Source: Candidatus Parepulonipiscium sp. PG-Nuni2H_MBin01 (GTDB taxonomy: Bacteria; Bacillota; Clostridia; Lachnospirales; Cellulosilyticaceae). Taken from it: a stretch of 64,000 nt of DNA. Positions 57,916-64,000 of this stretch are shown piece after piece. Position 1 is the stretch's first letter. Each line of letters starts with the position of its first letter. The notes under the pieces were generated by a model. The model made no database searches, was not told the DNA's origin, and saw nothing but the letters and a program-made list of their open reading frames with translations. The position numbers and the translations under genes are program-made. The stretch covers positions 171 through 64,170 of the forward strand of contig MDJM01000084.1 of assembly GCA_001994995.1 (NCBI GenBank), given 5' to 3'.

Positions 57916-58590
57916 ATGAACATTACGGAAATGTATTTAAGCTATAACGTATACTCAAGACCAATGTTACCGCTAACAGCAGTTAAAGGCATTGTAATCC
58001 ACTATGTCGCAAACCCAGGCTCTAGTGCAGTAGCTAATAGAAACTATTTTAATAACTTAACATCAACTTATGCAAGCAGCCATTATATAGTGGGATTAGA
58101 AGGGGAAATAATCGCTTGCATTCCAGAAGATGAAATAGCCTACCATGCTGGAGATAAAACTTATAATAGCACATTTATAGGTATTGAAGTATGCCATCCT
58201 GACACAACTGGTAAATTTGTAGAGCCTACTTACAGTGCTGTAGTAGAGTTAACTGCAGATATTTGCAAAAGGTACAACCTTAATCCTCAAACAGATGTAA
58301 TAAGACATTATGACGTTACAGGAAAACTTTGTCCTCTATATTATGTGAATAACAAAGATGCATGGGAACAGTTTTTAAGTGATGTGGAAAAGTCTATGTC
58401 TGCTGAAGTTTTACCTGAAATTTTGCCAAGCTTTGGAACTGATGTAACTGAAATTGCAATCAATGGAGTAGTAACTACAGTTGAAGCAAAATTAATTAAC
58501 GATTTCACTTATGTAAAACTTAGAGATTTAATTAGCGACAAAATAGAAGTTGGCTATGATGGACGAATAGCATATATTAATACATTATAA
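57916..58590 (+). CDS. N-acetylmuramoyl-L-alanine amidase (Amidase_2/PGRP type) with a C-terminal stalk-like domain
   Basis: VIHYVANPGSSA, SSHYIVG, AYHAG, GIEVCH and IRHYDVTGKLCP. C-terminus INGVVTTVEAKLINDFTYVKLRDL. Confidence 0.82.
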   Translation: MNITEMYLSYNVYSRPMLPLTAVKGIVIHYVANPGSSAVANRNYFNNLTSTYASSHYIVGLEGEIIACIPEDEIAYHAGDKTYNSTFIGIEVCHPDTTGKFVEPTYSAVVELTADICKRYNLNPQTDVIRHYDVTGKLCPLYYVNNKDAWEQFLSDVEKSMSAEVLPEILPSFGTDVTEIAINGVVTTVEAKLINDFTYVKLRDLISDKIEVGYDGRIAYINTL

Positions 58591-58693
58591 GTTGGCGCTA
58601 CTAAATAAAAAAACTAGAGTTACTAAATAGACAAATTAGAGCTGGACTATTAGCTAACTTTTATGTTATTCTAGTTCCATAGGAGGATAACAT

Positions 58694-59263
58694 ATGGTTG
58701 TTTCAATAGTCCAGCTTATTTTTAGATATGTAATTCATATGTTAAATGTTGGTGTACCATTATTTACAGTATATATAATAGGAAGATTTATATATCTGAA
58801 ATGGAGCCATACGAAAATATACTTTAAAGATGAATTGTTACATGCGTTAACGGTATTTTATTTTTTGTGCTTATATATCATTACAGTAGGTAGGCCAAGT
58901 ATGACTTTTTCCATAGTGATGGACCAAAATCGAATTAATGCCGTACCATTTATTGAACTTATGAAATTGCTAGACTATGGATATGTAACCTCGTTTACTT
59001 ATAACGTAGTCGGAAATATTTTATGGTTTATGCCAATTGGGATACTGCTACCTATGCAGATGCGGAAATATTGGAGCATATTCACTATAGCTTTTTGTGG
59101 CTTTTGTGTATCGCTTTCGATAGAAATGCTACAATTTATTTTCGGTACTGGTATAAGTGATATTGATGATTTAATTATTAACACTATTGGTACTATTATT
59201 GGATATATTATATATAAAATAGCGGCTATAATAACCGTGTTAAGACGTAGATATGAAAAATGA
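58694..59263 (+). CDS. VanZ-like family membrane protein
   Basis: 189 aa, 4-5 TM, with NVVGNILWFMPIG and SDIDDLIINTIG motifs. Confidence 0.75.
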   Translation: MVVSIVQLIFRYVIHMLNVGVPLFTVYIIGRFIYLKWSHTKIYFKDELLHALTVFYFLCLYIITVGRPSMTFSIVMDQNRINAVPFIELMKLLDYGYVTSFTYNVVGNILWFMPIGILLPMQMRKYWSIFTIAFCGFCVSLSIEMLQFIFGTGISDIDDLIINTIGTIIGYIIYKIAAIITVLRRRYEK

Positions 59264-60011
59264 GAAAAAAGCTTTAGAAGATTATATTGATGTTATTATG
59301 CAGTTACCTTTAAAAGAGAAATATACTAAAGAAGAGCTGTTAGTTAAACCGTTACTTATTGATAGTTTGGATAATATCGAAATATATTATGCTCCTCATA
59401 ATGACTATATTAATAAGGAAGCAAAAATTTTTATAGTAGGTATTACACCGGGGTTTTTACAAATGGATTTAGCTATATCTACCGCGCGTCGTTGTTTAGA
59501 GCAAGGTATGAGTATAGAAGCTATAAAAAAAGAGTGTAAATTGGTAGCCAGATTTTCGGGGCCGCTTAGAAAGAACTTAATTAGTATGTTAGATGAAATT
59601 GGATTACATCATATTGTAGGACTAGCTTGCTGTGAAGAGCTTTTTTCTACATGTTATATGCATACTACTTCAGTCATACCTTATCCAACATTTGTAAATG
59701 GAACTAATTATACTGGGCATAGTCCAAAGCTAATTAAAAATGAATTTTTAATGAGTTATGCCATAAGTTGTATTAAAGAAGAGTTACAGCAGTTGAAATA
59801 CACAGAAAATATATTAATAGTTCCACTTGGTAAAGCTGTTGAAGAAGTTTTATTTTATTTTGCTTCAATTGGATTGTTCAAACCACAACAAATACTACAA
59901 GGATTTCCCCATCCTTCTGGGGCAAATGGTAATCGTATTAAACAATTAGAAGCTAATAAACATAATTTAATAACACAACTTAAGGGGCTAAGCGCCCCTT
60001 TTTATATTTAA
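59253..60011 (+). CDS. Uracil-DNA-glycosylase-superfamily-like protein (uncertain)
   Basis: IFIVGITPG (motif-A-like) and GFPHPSGANG (HPS motif-B-like). The start overlaps the vanZ-like stop by 11 nt. Confidence 0.45.
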   Translation: MKNEKKALEDYIDVIMQLPLKEKYTKEELLVKPLLIDSLDNIEIYYAPHNDYINKEAKIFIVGITPGFLQMDLAISTARRCLEQGMSIEAIKKECKLVARFSGPLRKNLISMLDEIGLHHIVGLACCEELFSTCYMHTTSVIPYPTFVNGTNYTGHSPKLIKNEFLMSYAISCIKEELQQLKYTENILIVPLGKAVEEVLFYFASIGLFKPQQILQGFPHPSGANGNRIKQLEANKHNLITQLKGLSAPFYI

Positions 60012-60067
60012 AGGTATATTGCAGTTTTTAGGTGGCAATAATCTAGTACTAGGAAAGGAAGTTTATA

Positions 60068-61360
60068 ATGAGACCAATAGATAATTTAATTAATCCAGCA
60101 AAAGACACGCTATTTAATAGATATGTGGCAAAAGAAGTATTTAACGATGAAGATAAGTATGTAGATTTAAGACAGGAACATTTTAATCATGTATGGAGAC
60201 TGAGCTATAATGAGATAGGAGACAGTGTATTAAATGCAGCAGATTTAGAACAGCTAGAAAATTTTGTGGCACTTAGAGAAATTTCATTAAACTTAGGCGG
60301 TTATCATGATACCAGTGACTTAACTATCACTAATATAAAACAGATTGTAAATACATTAAAGACATTTACTTCATTAAAAACAGTGTATATAGTGTGTAAA
60401 TTATTTGCCGAGGCAGATTGTGAACTTAGCGAAATGACGCAATTAAAAAGGTTAAGCCTAATCCAATGCGGTATAGTAGACTTACCAATGTGGATAACAA
60501 ACTTAAGCAATTTAGAAGAGCTAAATTTAAGTAACAATAAACTAGTTACTTTACCCGCGCAGTTAAATACATTAACAAAACTAAAAGTGCTAAATTTAAA
60601 TATGAACCGTCTAACTACCTTTAGCGCTGAACTAGGATTTTTAGGTAGCTTAGAATCGTTAGACTTAAGTTATAACCAGCTCCAAACGCTACCATCAGGA
60701 TTTGCATTGCTAAGAGAGCTTAAACAGTTACACTTGGGGTGGAATGATTTAATGGAATTTCCAGCAGCAGTTTCTACACTAAGCAAACTAGAGCTACTGA
60801 ACTTAGAAGGGGCTGAAAACATAACTACTTTACCAATAGGAAACTTAATGAAACTTAAGAAACTTAGTGTATCTAATTCTAAATTAACTACAATATCATG
60901 GGAAATAGGAAGGTTGGTTAATTTAACACACCTAGAATTAACTAATAATAGCCAATTAACATCTTTACCTGCTGAAATCGGTTTATTAGTAAACTTAGAA
61001 AGTCTAAATTTAATGGCAAATGGGCTAACTGAATTACCTAATACAATAGGCAGTTGGGTTAAATTAAAAGAACTATACTTAAGTGATTGCGCTCTAACTT
61101 CTATACCGCCGGAAATAGGGTGGTTAGTTAATTTAGAGTATTTAAAATTAGATGAAAATAGACTGCAAACTTTGCCGCCCCACATTGGTAATTTAGCACA
61201 TTTGCAACATATGGATTTAAGTAGAAATGCCACTTTAGTTAGTCTACCAGTCGAAATAACATATTTAGAAACATTAGAACTATGGATAATGGATACACCG
61301 CTGGGCCAGCTGATACATTGGGTAGATAGAATGGATAACTTAGAATTAATTAGTTACTAA
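60068..61360 (+). CDS. Cytoplasmic leucine-rich-repeat protein (~13 repeats of 23 aa)
   Basis: No signal peptide. Repeats of LxxLxxLxLxxNxLxxLPxxIGxLxx, e.g. LSNLEELNLSNNKLVTLPAQLNT and LVNLESLNLMANGLTELPNTIGS. Confidence 0.85.
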   Translation: MRPIDNLINPAKDTLFNRYVAKEVFNDEDKYVDLRQEHFNHVWRLSYNEIGDSVLNAADLEQLENFVALREISLNLGGYHDTSDLTITNIKQIVNTLKTFTSLKTVYIVCKLFAEADCELSEMTQLKRLSLIQCGIVDLPMWITNLSNLEELNLSNNKLVTLPAQLNTLTKLKVLNLNMNRLTTFSAELGFLGSLESLDLSYNQLQTLPSGFALLRELKQLHLGWNDLMEFPAAVSTLSKLELLNLEGAENITTLPIGNLMKLKKLSVSNSKLTTISWEIGRLVNLTHLELTNNSQLTSLPAEIGLLVNLESLNLMANGLTELPNTIGSWVKLKELYLSDCALTSIPPEIGWLVNLEYLKLDENRLQTLPPHIGNLAHLQHMDLSRNATLVSLPVEITYLETLELWIMDTPLGQLIHWVDRMDNLELISY

Positions 61361-61417
61361 CGGCTCTAGGTTTTCTAAAACTAAGACATTTTATACGTGC
61401 TGGGGAAAATCTAAAAC

Positions 61418-61438
61418 AAGGGACTTATGGAGTCCCTT
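61418..61438. terminator. Hairpin between convergent genes
   Basis: AAGGGACT-tatgg-AGTCCCTT. A T-rich tail is present only on the minus strand. Confidence 0.45.
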
Positions 61439-61588
61439 ACAATTTACTTAATATTTCTTATACTCATCCATCTTCTTAGCTTCTTCAGCTTTCTCTTTTT
61501 GTCGTTCAATAATTTTAGCTGTAAGTAAAATTGCGCTAGCTAGAACTAAAATTATATTCGCTATAAAAATCCCCCCCTTAATCAAAAA

Positions 61589-61903
61589 TTAAGAAATAAC
61601 AACACCAGTCCCGTAAGCTAACATTTCAGCAGCTCCTTGGACAACAGTAGAAGATGCAATCCTAAGCCCCACTATAGCATTAGCGCCTTGGGCTTTTGCA
61701 TCTTCAACCATACGCTCTATAGCAATTTGACGAGCTTCAATTAGCATTTCATTGTACCCACCTAGTTCTCCTCCAGCCATACTTTTAAATGCGGCCGAAA
61801 TATCTTTTCCTAAATGCTTTGAACGTATTGTACTACCTTTTACAAAACCTTTCACCTCAGTAATTTCTTTACCCACAATACTATCTGTAGTTACTATTAA
61901 CAT
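61589..61903 (-). CDS. YbjQ/UPF0145 family protein
   Basis: 104 aa: MLIVTTDSIVGKEITEVKGFV...GANAIVGLR...YGTGVVI. RBS AGAGGAG. Confidence 0.85.
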   Translation of the reverse strand: MLIVTTDSIVGKEITEVKGFVKGSTIRSKHLGKDISAAFKSMAGGELGGYNEMLIEARQIAIERMVEDAKAQGANAIVGLRIASSTVVQGAAEMLAYGTGVVIS

Positions 61904-62077
61904 AAAAATATCTCCTCTTCTTAAAATTTTATTACCCTTTAAGTATACTCCAATTTAAAAAATAATCAAGACTCAGCGCTTAATTCTATTTATTTACAAT
62001 TGCAGGTTTTAAATTGCTATGTTACAATATTGTTACAGAATTCTTATATGTAATTAAATACATATGAATTCTATAGA

Positions 62078-62178
62078 CAATGCCCCTAACTGTTTCCCCA
62101 CACACTGAAAAAAATCGCCTGCCTCAGTATTTATAAAAGGTTGAGCGATAAGTTTTCATTTGTTAAGTTAACAAAACC
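62078..62178 (+). repeat. Intergenic repeat family, copy C (5'-truncated)
   Basis: It begins inside the hairpin (CAATGCCCCTAACTGT). The core CTCAGTATTTATAAAAGGTTGAGCGATAAGTTTTCATTTGTTAAGTTAACAAAACC ends about 20 nt before the RBS and the ATG at 62198. Confidence 0.75.
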
Positions 62179-62197
62179 AATGTATAGGAGAATAATA

Positions 62198-64000
62198 ATG
62201 AAAAAATTTGCAAAATTTATAACTAGTATATTAGCAGTTACGTTAATTACACCTGCAACATTTGCTACCCAAACAACATTAACAGCGCAAGACTATGCCA
62301 ATTACTTAATTGAGGCTCTAGGCGTAACAAGCGTGCAATATGCCATAATTAAAGATGGTGATATTATTACATCAGCAGCAACCGGAATGGATAGTGCTAG
62401 TAGCCAAACCTCAACGGAGCTTATGTATGGAATAGGCTCCATTAGTAAAGTGTACACAACAGCTAGCATTATGAAATTAGTAGACTTAGGCTTAATAGAC
62501 TTAGATAAACCAGTTACTACATACGTTGACGATTTTAAAATGGCCGACGACAGATATAAAGATATTACAGTAAAAATGTTACTTAATCACTCATCAGGAC
62601 TTATGGAAGGCAGTTTATCAAATACAGTTTTATATGCAGACAACGACACACAATACACGGATAATTTATTAGAACGCTTAAGCACACAACGCCTAAATAC
62701 CGCGCCAGGAGAAGTTTGTGTTTATAACAACGGTGGATTTAGTTTAGCAGAAATCGTAATAGAAAGAGTAAGCGGATTATCGTATACAGAATTTTTAGAA
62801 ACGTATATAACACAACCGTTAGGATTGGAAAATACAGTTACACCGCAGTCTGAATTTGACGTAGAAAATCTAGTTAATATTAGCACTTACCAAGGACAAA
62901 TAATTCAAGATGCACCAGTAGAAACGTTAAACGCAATTGGTACGGGAGGAATATATAGCACAGCGGAAGACTTATGTTTGTTTGTAGACGCATTCTTTTT
63001 AAATGATGAATTCCTTACCCAACAAGCTATAGACTTAACAACAACTCCCCAATATCAAACGGGATTATGGGGAACGGACAAAATGGCTTTTGAATATGGA
63101 CTTGGCTGGGATGAAATTGAATTATATCCATTTAATGAACAAGATATCCAAGTACTATCCAAAAGCGGAGATACTTTAACTTATTCTTCTGCGTTATTAG
63201 TAGCGCCACAATATGATATTGCTGTAGCAGTTTTAGCAACTGGCGGTAACTCCACATTTAATACTTCATTTGCAGGACAAATGCTAATAGATGAGCTAAT
63301 CAAAGATGGCGTAATGGAACAACCAGCATATGAACTTGGATATGAAGTAGCAGAAATGGTAACGATACCAGATGAACTATTAGTTAACTCAGGCTTATAT
63401 GGCAATATTTTAGGAGCCTTTATTTACGAATTAAATCCAGAAGGAACACTAGATATATATTTGAATGATGAATTTATCGATACGTTTTATCACCAAGGAG
63501 ACGGAAAATTTGTGGATAAGTATGGCTCCCAATTACTAGAATTTGAAGCGTTAGAAAATGGCCATAACTATGCTAAAGTTAATGTTACTGTTAATACAGG
63601 ACTTATGCCAGTACTAAGTACAAATTATTATGGACAGCAACTTGAGGAAAAAGAAATTTCAGATGAAGTAAAAGCTGCTTGGGAAGCAAGGTACAATAAA
63701 ACTTATTACTTATTAAATGAAAAATATACAAGTTTCATTTATACATCAGGAATACCTGCTGCTATGCTATACGGACAATCACCTGTGGAAGGCTATTGTG
63801 GCCAATTGGAGATTATAAATGAAAATACTCTTTATTCAAACCTTGCTATACCGGGAATGTATAGCCGTGATGGTATAGATTTGCACTTTTATAATGTGGA
63901 TGGCGTGGAGTTCTTAATGTCGGGTAGTAGCATCTATGGTGATGAAAGCTTTGTTAACCCTTTAAAATATGGTACTTATGAAATTGCTGAAGATGGCTAT
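62198..64000 (+). CDS. Secreted serine hydrolase (beta-lactamase / PBP4-like family); 3' end outside the window
   Basis: Absent from the ORF track because no stop codon is reached. The frame is open for 601 codons to base 64000. Signal peptide MKKFAKFITSILAVTLITPATFA, SxxK motif GIGSISKVYT, and LLNHSSGL. Confidence 0.8.
   Translation, partial: MKKFAKFITSILAVTLITPATFATQTTLTAQDYANYLIEALGVTSVQYAIIKDGDIITSAATGMDSASSQTSTELMYGIGSISKVYTTASIMKLVDLGLIDLDKPVTTYVDDFKMADDRYKDITVKMLLNHSSGLMEGSLSNTVLYADNDTQYTDNLLERLSTQRLNTAPGEVCVYNNGGFSLAEIVIERVSGLSYTEFLETYITQPLGLENTVTPQSEFDVENLVNISTYQGQIIQDAPVETLNAIGTGGIYSTAEDLCLFVDAFFLNDEFLTQQAIDLTTTPQYQTGLWGTDKMAFEYGLGWDEIELYPFNEQDIQVLSKSGDTLTYSSALLVAPQYDIAVAVLATGGNSTFNTSFAGQMLIDELIKDGVMEQPAYELGYEVAEMVTIPDELLVNSGLYGNILGAFIYELNPEGTLDIYLNDEFIDTFYHQGDGKFVDKYGSQLLEFEALENGHNYAKVNVTVNTGLMPVLSTNYYGQQLEEKEISDEVKAAWEARYNKTYYLLNEKYTSFIYTSGIPAAMLYGQSPVEGYCGQLEIINENTLYSNLAIPGMYSRDGIDLHFYNVDGVEFLMSGSSIYGDESFVNPLKYGTYEIAEDGY

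Noticed and set aside
57640-61360. Prophage or defence island around the amidase, vanZ, UDG-like and LRR genes
   Set aside because: There is no integrase, terminase, capsid or tail gene, and no nuclease, helicase, TIR or ATPase gene. There are no flanking att-like repeats or tRNA. I retain only a possible lysis-cassette remnant as a low-interest finding.
61444-61587. Possible 40-47 aa membrane mini-ORF (..IANIILVLASAILLTAKIIERQKEKAEEAKKMDEYKKY) downstream of ybjQ on the minus strand
   Set aside because: The frame is open and follows a G7 Shine-Dalgarno-like run. However, the only start codons available are ATT/ATA, or a TTG with no RBS. That is too uncertain to call as a gene without conservation data.

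Overview
Low-GC Firmicutes (Clostridia-like) chromosomal segment: spoVB, SLH-domain and copper-amine-oxidase-stalk wall proteins, strong GGAGG ribosome-binding sites, about 55 genes. I saw no rRNA, tRNA, CRISPR array, transposase or integrase. Recognisable housekeeping blocks are pepD, an AI-2E transporter, tyrS, glgX, niaR-pnuC-nadR (NAD salvage), a PTS EIICB / GH4 6-phospho-alpha-glucosidase / RpiR operon, spoVB, a small alarmone synthetase and ribD-ribE-ribBA-ribH. The standout is a co-directional block of about 17.8 kb (14082-31848). Its core is a sulfo-transaldolase-type sulfoquinovose module: a YihQ-like GH31 sulfoquinovosidase, a short FSA/TalC-type transaldolase, a beta-hydroxyacid-dehydrogenase-type reductase, a DUF4867 cupin, a TauE/SafE exporter and a FucI-like isomerase. 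Upstream lie a glycyl-radical enzyme, its activase and an Fe-alcohol dehydrogenase, then a tripartite tricarboxylate-type (TctCBA) transporter. Downstream lie glycerol dehydrogenase and a fused DhaK/DhaL dihydroxyacetone kinase. I read this as a self-contained route for sulfoquinovosyl-glycerol, in which either the C3 sulfonate DHPS or the released glycerol is dehydrated by the radical enzyme. The substrate assignments are inference. A second unexplained signal is a family of plus-strand intergenic repeats of about 100-150 nt. There are three copies plus one partial copy, sharing a near-identical core that ends in the palindrome TTGTTAAGTTAACAA just upstream of an RBS. Other items: a wall-remodelling island of secreted proteins with novel peptide repeats, three translationally coupled 2-TM mini-proteins, a cytoplasmic LRR protein, and rib and tyrS genes lacking the usual FMN riboswitch and T-box leaders. 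All family calls come from motif recognition by eye, not database searches.
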